From positions 27,096,001-27,160,000 of the forward strand of contig NC_045697.1 of assembly GCF_009834535.1 (NCBI RefSeq): a DNA stretch of 64,000 nt, in the 5' to 3' direction. This document shows, in pieces, positions 39,241-51,980 of the stretch. Both the position numbers and the translations under genes were made by a program. The stretch is from Camelus ferus (taxonomy: Eukaryota). A model generated the notes under the pieces. That model saw only the letters and a list, made by a program, of their open reading frames with translations, was not told the origin of the DNA and searched no databases. Position 1 is the stretch's first letter. The number at the start of each line of letters is the position of its first letter.

Positions 39241-40827
39241 CATGTTGATACATTTTGCTTTAGTTTACTCATCTTCACTGCTCCATTTTATGTAATTACT
39301 ACAAATCATTTGTTCTTCATGATGTCAGACACTTGTTTGCATTTTTTGCTCTTACAATGTTGCTATGAACATTCTTACACATATCTCTAGAATATATATT
39401 TTTCTTTTGTTGTTTTGTTTTGTTTTCTTCATTTTTTACTATCTTACATTCACTAAAAATAGGTAGCTCCCTCTACATAATAAATAATTTTATTCAGGCT
39501 AATCAAATATGCTTCAAATACTGTGAATTAAAATCTGTATTTAAAAGTCTATATATAACTAAAAACTATCCATCTCTTTCCTTCTAATTCCCAATATGAT
39601 GCAGTTTCTTTAAGGCAACACTATTATGTCAATTTATTAATTGCATCATTTGATATTCAATGCACAATTAATTCAAAATATCAAATCTAGTAATTAAAAT
39701 GAGAAATTATGTGAATATTTTACAAGAAATACCACATTTCTTCACATGAATATAATCAATATAAATGATACTAACATCAATAGCATAACATCAATACTAT
39801 ATGAATGTTATTGATATTTTAAATATTACTAAATTTAGATTTCAAATGAAAATCAACACACGGTTTGTTTCTTAAGAAATCCTGTTTTCCTCTTAAATAT
39901 TTAACTTTTCAAATAAATTCCTATTCAAGTATATTTTAATAAATTTGGCATATATAAAATTGTAATTCTTTAATTGCATTATGTTTCACCTCAATGACTT
40001 ATACTTAAATTAAAACACAACAGATATTTAATACTTTCTTTATGAAAATGACTTGTAAATTAGGGAAGAATTTAAGAGATAATCTATTATCTCTTAGACT
40101 AAATACACTAAATAATCTATACTTCCAATACTTTTTTTTTTTTTTGAGAAACTGTTGGATTTCAGAGAAAATGTGTCAACAATCTTCAAAATAAACACAA
40201 TGCCTACTGCATAGTGCTAATAATAGGAGTAGAATCAAATCACAAATATGTAAAAATGGACGTTTTTATTAGTGTCTTTTAGTTGACATTAAAAGGCATG
40301 GCAGGATGGTCTACAAAAGATTCCAGCATTTCATTAGCATCTAATCATGACCGCCACCCACAACCACAATCTGTACCTCTTCTGCCTATCCAGTGAGCAA
40401 AATATCACTCACATACTTCCTTACCCCTTCGAGCCTCCACCCTTCTCTCACACCTCCTCCCACACAGATACTTCATCAAATACTTCTTTCCTCTATAATC
40501 CAACAGCTCCCTTATATTTGGCACATTCTGTTGAAATCCACTGTTGGTTCCCCCAGAAAGTAATCTCCTATGGGCCAGGACTATATAATTTTAATCATAC
40601 AGAACATGCATTTTTCTAAGGTGCACATGCAAACACATATACAACAGAAATGTTAACTGCTGGGCCTGAAGTGTTTTCATCTTTATAAGATAATGGTAAA
40701 TTATCTTCTAAAGTGGTTATACTAGTTTCTACCACAAGTGCGTTAGGAGTTCCCATTGCTTTACACTCTAACTCTTGACATTGTCAGACTTCTCAATTTT
40801 GCCAGTCCGATGGCTGTAAAATGGCAC

Positions 40828-41270
40828 CAGTATCAGCTAGTCATTGCCACATACGAACTACCCCAAAATTTAGTATCTTAAAACAACACCCATTTATTAT
40901 TTCTCACTAGTCAAGGGTAGACTAGATAATTCTGCTGATCTCGGCCAGGCTCTGTTGATCTCACTTGGGCTTGCTCATGGCTTGCAGACAGCTGTCAGGT
41001 CATCAGTGAGTTGGTTGGTCTAGGACGGCCTCACAATGCAGCTCTGTTCCATGGGTCTCTCATCCTCCAATAGGGAAGTCTAGGCCTGTCCTGATGCTTA
41101 AGACAAAAGAGCAAGAGAAAGAGCAGAAACACACAAGTGCTTGTGTAAGCTCTGCTTATGATAAGTTTGCTATTGTCAGGTTGGACATGATCGAGACCAG
41201 AGGCAGTGAGGGAGTGCAGTGCCAAAGCATGTGGATTCTGAAAACTTGGGGCCATTGGTGTATTCAATCT
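40828..41270 (-). mobile_element. MLT1G/H-type MaLR LTR
   Basis: CCCCAAAATTTAGT.TCTTAAAACAAC...CATTTATTATTTCTCAC...GGGCTTGCTCATG...TCTCTCATCCTCCA. Confidence 0.7.
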
Positions 41271-43134
41271 TTGTGCGTGGTTTTAATTTGCATTTCCTTG
41301 ATTAATATGGAGGTTAAATATCTTTTCATATGTTTATTGGCCATTGGTGTTTCCTCTTCTGAAAAGCCTCTTCATGTCTCTTGTTCATTTTTATACCAAG
41401 ATTTTGTCTTTTTTATTCATTCAGAATATATTATTATTATTATTACTATTAATATGAATGTTAATCCTTTGTCAGGTATACGTGGGTTTCAAATCTTCCA
41501 GTTTCTAACCTTCTTTTTACTTTTTCTTTACTACAATCAATTCATAATTTTTTTTCTTGTGTTTTTGGTGTACATGTGTGCTTTTTTATATCTTATTTAT
41601 GACCTCTTTCCATATTCCAGATCATTAGGATACTTACATTCTTTTCTGATATTTTTAAAGTTTTGCTTTCCACATTTTGGTCCTTAATATATCAGGAATT
41701 GATTTTTACATCTGACATGAAACAGGGATCCAACTTTCACTTTTTCCCATGTGGAAAAACACCATATCCTGGCACCATTTATGGAACACACTGTCCTTTG
41801 CCCACTGATCTGACTTGCAACAACTATCATATATTAAGTTTCCGTCTGTTTTATCTGTACCTGAGCTTTCTATTCTGTTCCACTGATCTCTTTGTCAACC
41901 CCCATGCCAGCATTATACACTCTTATAGCTGTGGTTTTGTAGTGAGTTTTAATATTTATGACAGCAAGTATCAACAATTTGTTCTTCTTCAGGAGGATCC
42001 TACTATTCCTGGCAATTTTTTTTTTTCTTTAAAATTTTAGGATTAGGTTATCAAGGTTCATGAAAAGCCTACTTGAATTTAGATTGAAATTGGAGTGCCC
42101 CATAGATCAAAATTGGGGAAATTTTGACATCTTTACCACATTCTGTCTCCCTTGCCATTACCATGCTATTTCTCTATGTTTATCTAGGCTTTTATGTTTT
42201 TCAGTAAATGTTTATTATAATTTTCTTTCTAAAGGTTTTGCCCAACTTTGTTAGATTTTTTCATAGTTACCTTAAGTTTCTTTCTGCGGCTATTGCAAAC
42301 CTTTTTTTTTAAAGTTTGTTTTTAACTGTTGCTAGTGTATAGAAATATAACTGGTTTTTATATTATTCCTCGTGAGTTTTTTTGTGCTTTTTATTTGTTT
42401 GCATGCAGAAGATCATCTTACCTGAAAATAATTATCCTTTTATTTTTTCCTTTCCAATCCTTATAGTTTTTTAATTTTTTATCTTATTGTTCTGGATACA
42501 ACCTTTAGTACAATTTTGAACAGACTAACAGTGGTAATAGTGGCATCTTTACTTTAATCCTGATTTTAAAGTGAATGCTTCTAACATTGTCTTCTTTTCT
42601 TTGTGACATTACTGATCCAAAAGGTTGGCTCAGAACCCTGTGAAATTTGCAGCAGCCTCAACTGTAAAATATTTCTTTCTATTTAACGGTTTGCTGATTT
42701 TTTAGCATCTTATCAGTTAAGCACAGTTATTTTCTAATCCTCATGGATTGTTCTCTGAATTTATTAGTCATGATTCTCACTTCAGAGTTGAATGCTCTTT
42801 TCTCCCGTATTTTGCCTCATCAATTATCTAACATATCAAGGTTCAATTGTTTGTGCAGCTCTTGTTTTTGTAAAAAATAAACTTTCTTGGTATTTGTACA
42901 CTTCCTTTCCTCTATCTGGTTGAATATAATAGAATGAAATTAGTGTTTATCAAACAGCTAAATTTTTAACTAAGGAGTTGATCCAAAGAGAGGAAGAAAT
43001 AATTAATATTTATTTGTTATTTTTGATATGTGCTTTACGTATTTTAAATGTAATATATATTTACCACATATTATTACATTATAAAATATCCATTTTGATC
43101 CACATAAGAATAACTTCTTAAGGTAGTTATTGCT

Positions 43135-43326
43135 CCATATCGTATCGACTCTAAAATGCATCTTTGTTCACATATTAATATCTCTGAATTCAGAATGCAT
43201 CTTAAAACTCACATGATTAGAAAGCATATTATTACAGCTTAACTGGCTTTTTTTTTCATTCTTAACAGTGCATAAAATAATGATACATCTTATAACTAAT
43301 GACATCTTTGATTCAATGAAATATAG
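43135..43326. mobile_element. MER104-like Tc2 MITE inside a MIR
   Basis: ATCGACTCTAAAATGCA...TCTCTGAA...CATAAAATAATGATACATCTTATAA...GATTCAATGAAATA. Confidence 0.75.
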
Positions 43327-44099
43327 CATTTACCAATCTGCAGATGAGAAAATTTGGCCTCAAAAATGTCAGGTAATTTACCCAAAGTATATAGCCAGTA
43401 AATTGCATGAACCCAAGTCTGTCATACATTAAAACCCATGCTGTCTTCCAAAAGAATGCACAAGTATATGATAATTAGAACATGCTCATAACTCTTAGTT
43501 CCAACAACAGTAATTGCCAATTACCTTGCTAATATCTTTCATGCTTATTATCTAGTCTAATGATATACATTGTCTTTGACAAACATCCATTTTTAAAAAG
43601 AAGCTCAACTTAATAATTTATATCAAATGAGGTGCTCATGCAGCATTTAACATTATTTACTCTTTTTTAAAAAATTTATCCACTAATTATTAGTATCTTC
43701 TACACACTAGACATTTTTCTAGGAACTATGGGCTATCATAGCCCTGGGCATGATGGAGAAGATTCTTGCTATGCTGGAGCTGATAGTTGAATAGATTAAA
43801 TAATTCTAGCAACGTTTCTTGAAAATTGGGAAAAGTTAACTTAGAGCTATGAAACACTTGGTCAGTTGTCCAGCAGAGACAACACAGGCAGATTAGTCTA
43901 TACTCAGAAGACGCTAGTTCATCAACTGACTTGCCCAAACCTGAGCATGAGAAGCCGTAGGACGTTTGTCAGGACCACCCAGGTCAGGTATTGACCAGCA
44001 AGAATGATGCCTGAGCTGCTTCATTAGGACTAGACACATACTATGGAATAAAAATTACATGCAGTTTACTAAGCCCTAATTTAAGTATATGTTAACATA

Positions 44100-44770
44100 A
44101 TATTTTGGTTTGGGTTTCCAAACCAAACACAGACTCTGAAACAAGTGGTTCAATTGGGAACTCATCCCAAGTAATACTAATAAGAGAATGGGGAAGGAAG
44201 ACAGGAAGCCAATAAATGGTGTTTCAAAGCATGTTTCTTCTGTGTGTTATTGGAGCTCAGTCTTATGGGGGACTCTGGGAGATAGTTTGGGAATTCGAGA
44301 TTTGCAGATACTAATATATAAAATAGATAAACAACAAGTTTTTACTGTATAGCACAGGAAACTATATTTAATATCTTGTAGTAAGCTATACTGAAAAAGA
44401 ATATGAAAATGAGTGTATGTATGTATATGTATAACAACTATTATGCTATATACCAGAAATTGACACAACATTGTAAACTGACTATACTTCAATTCAGAAA
44501 AAAAAAAGAGCATATCTGAGTCTCCTGCTGAGAGGTGAGGGGACTGGGCTATGCACCCACCATCTCCCACTGGCCGTTGGTTGGAGCCTGCTGGGCAATG
44601 TGTGTGGGAGTGGTGACAGGTGATGGGGTGTTGGTGGTGATGGTGGCTAATTCACCTCTGGATTCTCAAGAAAGCCCTTAGGGCTGAGACAAAGAGTTAC
44701 AAGTTCTGGCAGCTGAAGTCTGGTAAGAGAAGTGCTCCAGAGGGAAACAAGTAGAGCTACACCTACAACC
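44100..44770 (-). mobile_element. LTR16-type ERVL LTR interrupted by an L1 3' tail (44281-44508, + strand)
   Basis: CAGACTCTGAAACAAG...GAAGCCAATAAA...GGAGCTCAGTC...ACTCTGGGA | L1 tail ending AAACTGACTATACTTCAATT-A(n) | GAGGGGACTGGG...TTGGTTGGAG. Confidence 0.65.
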
Positions 44771-45592
44771 ATCATAACAAGCATAGTGTCTAGCTCTGAT
44801 TTTCATTCCAAGGAATGAAAGGAAACTTTCACCAGACATGGTTGAAGGCTCATCTTCATCCTCCTTTCAACACGTTGGTGCTGCATCATTTACTGGTCCC
44901 TTTTTGGGTTCCATTGCTATTCAGGTACCAGTGTGTTTGCCTTAGAGAGGTAACACACTGTATCACTTTGTCATGTCACTGTGTAGAATTTCTCTCCATT
45001 CTGCTGTATTTCAGCGTCATCACTGACTAAGTCGAGGTAGGATTGTTTTCCTCCCTTGAACAACTCTCTGAAATGTCTGCACAGTTCTCATTTTGCCCAC
45101 AGTCATTTTATTGTAGTAGTGGAGTGGCAGCAAGAGCAGTCATTACACCTACCCTGATCTGAGAGAGACAGAGAACAGCTCCTGGATTGGATGAGATTTG
45201 GCACTGGTTCCTCCCTTTCTGCAGAAGTGATTGGCTCTTGGACACTTCTGCTTTGGCACTAAAAGACATTTTTCCTCCCCAGCTATAGGACGAAAGGGTT
45301 TCTTCTTATTTACCTGTGTCAGGCTATCAGCCATGAGTAATCAGCTGTCTCTAGGCTGATATTTTTAATATCAGTCTTTACATTTAATCCTGTATTTTAC
45401 AGAGAGTTGGTATAACATAAAATTCCAAGGGCAGCCTCTGGCATCCAACTTCATTGGTTAAATTCTGCATCCCCACCCCTCCTATGCCTCACTTCCTTAT
45501 CTGCAGAATAGAGAAAATGATAACATCTCACTCTTGGAGCTGTCATGGGAATTGAACGGGTTAACACGTACAGCACTTAGAAAACTGTCTGA

Positions 45593-45693
45593 GGTGGGTG
45601 GGAATAGCTCAGTGGTAGAGCACATGCTTAGCATGCATGAGGTCCTGGGCTCAATACCCAGGACCGCTATTTAAAAAAAGACAAGAAAAGAAA
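45593..45693 (+). mobile_element. tRNA-Ala-derived SINE inside a MIR
   Basis: ATAGCTCAGTGGTAGAGCACATGCTTAGCATGCATGAGGTCCTGGG. TSD AAAACTGTCTGA at 45581-45592 and 45694-45705. Confidence 0.92.
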
Positions 45694-47049
45694 AAAACTG
45701 TCTGACACATAGTTAGAACTCAGTAAATATTAGCCATTTTTCAACTTGGCCCTGATTAGAGCTTACACTTTCTTTTGATGTCAGAACTTTTTGAGCCTGT
45801 CATTTAGTAACTAAAGAGTAAATAAAATAATTCTAGGATGTTGTCACTTGAAGCAGAGTGAGAAGTTAAAAGAAATAACTTATTTGCTCTGTCACATTCC
45901 GTAACTAATTCAAAACTGAAATTGTTCCTAATTGGCAAAGGACAATTATCCTGTAACACACCACTCTACTCCTCACCTTTTACCTGAATTAACAGGAAAC
46001 CTGCAAAATGAACTAGCACAGTTCTGAGCTGCCTCTTCCCTCCTCCAATGAGTCACTTAACTTGAATTACCTAGTAGTTCATTTGAGGAAAGGAGCAACT
46101 GCAAAAAGCTGGCAGTCTCCCAAATGCCTGGTAGCACAGCTGAGATAAAAATATAGGTGTTTATGTACGATGACATTATTGGGATCACAAAGTTTTCCTA
46201 AGATACACTCTGGCTAGCAAATGGCTCTATTCTCCCCTCTGTCTGCAGGCTTGCCTCTTGGAGAGATGTGTTGCTTTTATAAAGAAGCATTAGAGTCACT
46301 GCTCTTAGAGTTGACTTCTGTCCATTAGCTCATTTTATCCTCATGACAATCTGGTGAAGCACATGGAACAGGTAGTTTTTATTCATATCTTACGGACTCG
46401 TTCCTCATTAGGCTTAAGATTGTGTAGCTATTCATGTGCAATCCTAAAAATAGGACCCACTTTTCGGGCCATTTGGGACTAGAATCATGCAGTTCTCTTT
46501 TCCTTACCCTATTTTTTGCCTGGAGATGAAACTAAATGAAACCAAATAATAACAATAATAATAGCAAAAATACAAAACAAAACAAACTCTTCAAGTTTGT
46601 ACCTGACTTCAGTCAGATGTATCTAAGAAGCTTTCTTCTCCTTTATGACACATTACAAGACCATCTAGGAACTTGAGAAAGTTTGCTTTCCATGGGTTGT
46701 TTGTTCTGGAGGAGTAGAAGGAAAACACAGATAGGCAAACAGGCTTCCAGAGAGAGACTCACCTCTGAGACGGTCCCAGGGATGCAGGCACGATCAGAAT
46801 AGGTTTAGCAAATGTTTAACTTCTCTGTGCTTCAGTTGTCTCTTCTATGAAAACTAAGGGCCATGATACCACACATACCTACCTTATAGGATTAAGTACA
46901 ATAATGTAACTTTAAAGCAGGCAAAGTTTTTTTAATTAGCACACACAAAGAATTACTCATAAAAGAAAAGACGGGTACATCAGACTGCCTTAAAATCAAG
47001 AACTTCTATTAACTGTAAGAAACCATTAGCAGGGTGAAAAGGAAAGGAC

Positions 47050-49443
47050 AGCAGATTATATTTTCCAGAATGTCTGTGATAATATTTCCCATGTCGTGTG
47101 CTCATTCAGAACTTTGCTGCCATCCTATCTAAAGGTACAGTTTATGTTCCTCCCTTGAATCTGGATGGACCTTTGTGACTATTTTGACTAATGGCAGAAG
47201 CAATGCTACGGGACTTCCAAGGCTAGATTGTTAAAAAAAAAATACAGTTTTCATTTCTCTTGGGACATTCATTCTTGGAATCCATCCACCACACTATGAG
47301 GAAATATAAACCATATGAAAAAGCCCATCTGGGTGGGAACCAAGGCCTTCATCACTCAACCCAGCTAATAGTCAGCGTCGACTTGCCAGCCTCGTGAGTG
47401 AGTCATCCGAGAGCAAATGTTCCTGCCCACTGTAGAGCTGCCCCAGTTGAGGCTTGGTGGGGGAGGCAGAGGGAGTGCCTTTGGGGGAGGAGTTGGGCAG
47501 AAGCTGCTTGGGCCTGAAGCTATTATGGAAACATAAGAGCCTTGAGTACGCTGCTGGTGAGAGCTTAAAATAAGTGAGGAGAGTGATTTGGAAACTAGGG
47601 GTGGGGGTTGGGGGGAAGGAACCCTATGATATAGTGATGGAAAGTTTAACAACACTGTAACCTGTGGCTATGTGGAAAATAGAAAATCTGCATAATGAAG
47701 TAGGTGATATAGCCAAGGACATTTCCACACAGAGTGTTGTGCGTACCACCTGGCTTCTTCTCACTGCCTGTAGTAAAATAGGTGAGGAGAGAGAGAAACT
47801 AAATAAGGAGAGAAATAAACTGGGCATCATAGAGGGTCTGGGACTGGTTGGGCTCAAAAATGAAGTTATTTCTTATTCCCAGACTCATATGGTAAAAAAG
47901 AAAAAAAGCTCAAATTAAGAAATGACTTTAAGCAGAGATCAAATCCAGGGCATGAGGATGAAAACATGGTCTGAAGATGAAACTGAGGGTGTGCCACTAA
48001 GTGCCTTTGTTAAGACCTGATAGTATTTCACAGACCCTTGCAAACTGACAAATAGTCCTTAATGAAGAGACTCTTAAGCAATAGGGCTTCTCAGAATACC
48101 AGTCCGTTTACAGGGAGTTCAGCTTTACAAGGAGCCTGGTTCTTACAGAAGGGTTACAGAGAGCCAACCAGAGGGAAGGGCTTGTCTCGAAATGACATGG
48201 AGGTATGGTTTTGCATAATGTTTGGACTCTTGATTTTAAAATAAATCCATAAAGGTTTTTTTTTAAAGGAATTGTAAGAGTTTGGACTAAAATGGACCAA
48301 GACAGTACACAATGGAAAGAGGTTTGGAGACCTTCAAACATCTATGGACAGGAAGAAGGCTTAGAAAACTACTCAGCTGCAAACACAGGCTACATTTATT
48401 GGAGGAAGAAGGATAATCCTGAAGGTGGAACCAAGAGCCCAAAGACTGAAACTAAGAGCCACAGAGACTCATTACCAGGAAGTGGACTCAGCCCTGCATG
48501 TACCCAGCCAGAATACAGACCAGTAACTGTTGTATGCCTCCCAACCCTCACCCTCAATTTTAACCAAGAGTGTTTATTGCAACTCGCCTATGACTGTTGC
48601 ATTATTGTATGTTGGGAATGTGCCGGGCAGACAACTTTAGTTCACAGGTCTTCAGATAAGGATGGGGATGGAGGTGGATGGTATTCAAGGAACTGTACCT
48701 GAGAAGCCTTATCCACATCAGGACCAGATTTAGATGATAAGCTCATCTTGGGACCTCAAGCTTCAGATATTGTTATAATGAGATGAGATGCTGGGAGATC
48801 TTTGGGAAGGAGGTAAGTATATCTTGCCTGCGAGAGGAATGTGGATTGTGTCCAGATGGCATACTGTAGTAGATTTTATTTTCAAAAAATTGCCACAGAA
48901 ATATTTTTGGCCTCACATGTTCTTCCAAATAGTTGCCACTCCCCTCAATCAGAAGGTGGAATCTATGTTTTCTCTCCTAAACCTAGATAGGTCTTTGCAA
49001 CTGCTTTGATTAATATTCAGTGGTGTAAATGATACTATGTGGCTTCTGAGGCTAGACTATAAAAAGTGATTCAACTTCTGGATCGTTCTCTTGGGACATA
49101 AGCCTTTTGGATCCCTGAGCCAGCCACCATGTAGGACGTGCTGAAGCCCTACGCTAAAGAGGCCATGAGACAAAATTACATCAAGTTATAGGGAGATACC
49201 TGAGGAGCTCCACCTCTTCCAGTCTCCAGCTGTTTAAGCCCAGGCATCAGGTATGTTGAGATTTCAGATAATGCCAGTCCTGCTCACCATCTGAATGCAA
49301 CCTCACAAGAGACCCAAAGTGAGGACTGCCAGCTGAGCCCAGTAAACTCCCACAATCATGGAGAGAACATTAAAATAATTGTTCTTATTTTGAGCCACTA
49401 AATTTTGGGGTAATACGTTGTATATTGTTAGATAACCAACACA
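47050..49443 (+). mobile_element. MaLR provirus remnant: partial 5' LTR (~47050-47450), MLT-int (~47480-48860), 3' LTR (~48864-49443)
   Basis: Two MLT1G/H-like LTRs starting AGATT(A/T)TATTTTC flank an internal region. Its ORF 47664-47918 (IAKDISTQSV..TWLLLTACSKIGEEREKL) resembles the MaLR internal ORF motif LAEEISKQSV...WLLLTAYSKM.EER. Confidence 0.8.
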
Positions 49444-49449
49444 GCAAGC

Positions 49450-50250
49450 TAGAATTCAATAAGAAAAACAACACTAAAAAAAATATGGCCCAAAAGACCC
49501 TTCACAAAAAAGGTTTCCCAAATGGCCAGTAAGTGTATTAAAAAGTGCTTAACATCATTGTCATTGGGGAAATACAAATTAAAACTACAAGATGCACCAG
49601 ATGGCTAGAATTAAACACTGATAATATTAAGTGTTGGTGATGATGTGGAGCAAATGTAATTATCTTAGAAACTGCTAGTAAGTGTACAAACTGGTATAAC
49701 CATTTTTGAAAACTGTTTGGATGTATCTACTAATGTATACTAAATGTATTTCATGATTCAGTAATTCCACTTTGACATATATATCCAAAAGATAGCCATC
49801 AAAAAAAAGAACATGATAACATTCACAACTTTATTTATAATAGCCTGAAACTAAAAATAACTCAAATGTCTTATCAAAACAACCATGGATAAATAAATTA
49901 TGATATAGTTACACAATGGAAAACTACATAGCAATAAAAAATGAATAAACTACTGCTACATGCAACAACATGGATGACTCTCCTACACACAGTGTCTGAT
50001 TCCATTTGTATAAAGTTCAAGAACAGGCAAAACTAAATTATGATGATAGAGCTCAAAATAATGTTTACCATGGAGGAGGTAAAGGTATTGTCTGGGAATG
50101 AAGGAGTCTTACTGGGTGTTGGAAATCTGCTATATCATGATCTGGGTATGGAAGGTAGTTACATAGTGCATAATATACAAAAATTCGTTGAGATTTACAT
50201 TCTACAATAAAGCTCCATGCACCTTACTACATGTCACACCTCAATGAGAT
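49450..50250 (+). mobile_element. L1 (L1MC/L1ME-type) ORF2 end and 3' UTR, continuing the fragment at ~46910-47045
   Basis: CAAATGGCCAGTAAG...AATACAAATTAAAACTACAAGAT...TGTTGGTGATGATGTGGAGCAA...CATGCAACAACATGGATGA. Confidence 0.8.
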
Positions 50251-51239
50251 GCTTTAAATGCATATAAAACACATATCACTGTACCTGGCACATAGTAAAT
50301 GTTCAGTAAATGTTTGACATCATGAACCCAGCTGCTCCTTGCAATAGTCAGTTAATACTGAAGGTTGGTGAAGAACCCATAGTACTTGTGCTCTCCAGTG
50401 GGGAGATTCCCTGCATCCCCTGTGAGTCTGAGTTCTCTGAGTGTTAAATGTGACTAGAAGAAGGACACTGAAGAAGCAACCTGACCAATTTGTCTTCTGA
50501 GGTTCAGGTTTGATAAAGCTCCCAGGCAAATCTGTCTTATTCCAAGTGAACTATTCACAGTAGAGTTTCCAGGAAGAGTAAACATAAAATAGAATTCTGT
50601 TTAACCCCAGGGTTGGGACTAAGGTGATAAAAAGGCTTCAATAAATGTAATATCTGTTAATCTGGTGTCTTCTCCAGGGTTGCCCTTCAGAAAACAAACA
50701 CTATACAAGATGGTGCATTTTATAGGGAATGTAGCCAATTAACAGCCTAGATAGATAATCAGCAAACAGAAATGACTGGAGAAAGTCTCAAACACAGATG
50801 GACTGGTTTGATTAAGAGTTTCTTTATCATAGTTCAGAAGGAAGCTATGATTACCAAAACAGCCATCAACAGAAAGGAACTTATGGCTGCATGGACCAGA
50901 GGAAATTTACCAGTTCCTCAAGTGTGGATGACAAGAGGGTAGTTGACGTGTTTGCCAACTACCAATATCTGTAGGAAATGTTTATCATTTAACCTATATG
51001 TTTGGTCTTCCCAATGAACCATCCTCACTAAAGCTCTGAGGACCTCAACATGATGGTCAACAACTACCCTTGACTATAGACTAAAGTCTCCCTAGAAAAT
51101 CCCTGTTCCCTAATTTTTCAAGACAAGAGCAGTCTATCAAATATATATATATTTCAAAGGAACCTGAAAAGATGAACACAAAATATTCATGGAGATAACT
51201 TTGATCCCTCCAAATAGTCTTTCTCTGCTCATCCTTGAA

Positions 51240-51980
51240 ATCTCTATTTGCTCGTTTCTTATATTCAAACTGTGACTGAGTCCTAAACATACCTGGCATC
51301 CACCCTCCTCTCTCTGTAGCCACCCCTATAGACTGTGCTTCCTTCCTGTTCACCTGCATTACTCCAATGGCCTTATCTGACTGGTTCCATACTTATATCT
51401 TAGTCCTCACCTACCTCTGCCCTACACTACCATCAGCGATTTTCAAAACATAAATCTGATGACTTTACCACTTTCTCCCTCCACCAAAGCACTTAGATGG
51501 CTTCCCATTGCTTTGAGGATAAATACCAAATCCTCAACATGACCACAAGGGGTCCTGCATGATTTGGCTCCTGCCCACCTTTCCAACTTCATACTGGACC
51601 ATGCCCTCCCCAGCTGCCAACCACACTCAGATCACATCTTGCTTTCTCTTGCCACAGGGCCTTTGAATATGCAGTTGCCACTATCTAGGAAGTTCTTTAC
51701 CTCTCTCTTCACCTAGTCAAATCCCATCCTTTCTTCAGGTTTCATCTCAAATCATCACTTATCAAGGAAGGCTTCCTTAATCTTGTAGCACTTACCACAG
51801 TTTAAAAGATTCCACTTACTTGTTTCATTGATTAATAACCAACCAAACAGAGTAAACAGCAAGCTCCTTGAGGACAGAGATGACGTAGTATTTTGCTCAT
51901 CTTTGTATCACTATTACTGGGCTTAGAGGCTGGCATATGAGGGTGCTCAATGAATATTTGTTGGATGAATAAATGCGTGA
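51240..51980 (+). mobile_element. L2 3' end
   Basis: GGCTTCCCATTGCTTTGAGGATAAA.CCAAATCC...CAGGGCCTTTG...GCTCCTTGAGGACAGAGA...GTGCTCAATGAATATTTGTTGGATGAATAAATG. Confidence 0.8.

Larger units (their letters stand above)
38740..42590 (-). mobile_element. Old L1ME-type element fragmented by nested insertions
   Basis: Antisense L1 3'UTR/ORF2 motifs resume after each insertion (39047-39240, 39404-40600, 40828-41270). Confidence 0.7.

Noticed and set aside
41094..42254. Hydrophobic 197-aa and 125-aa ORFs resembling membrane proteins
   Set aside because: They are the T-rich antisense strand of L1 plus an MLT1 LTR, a common artefact.
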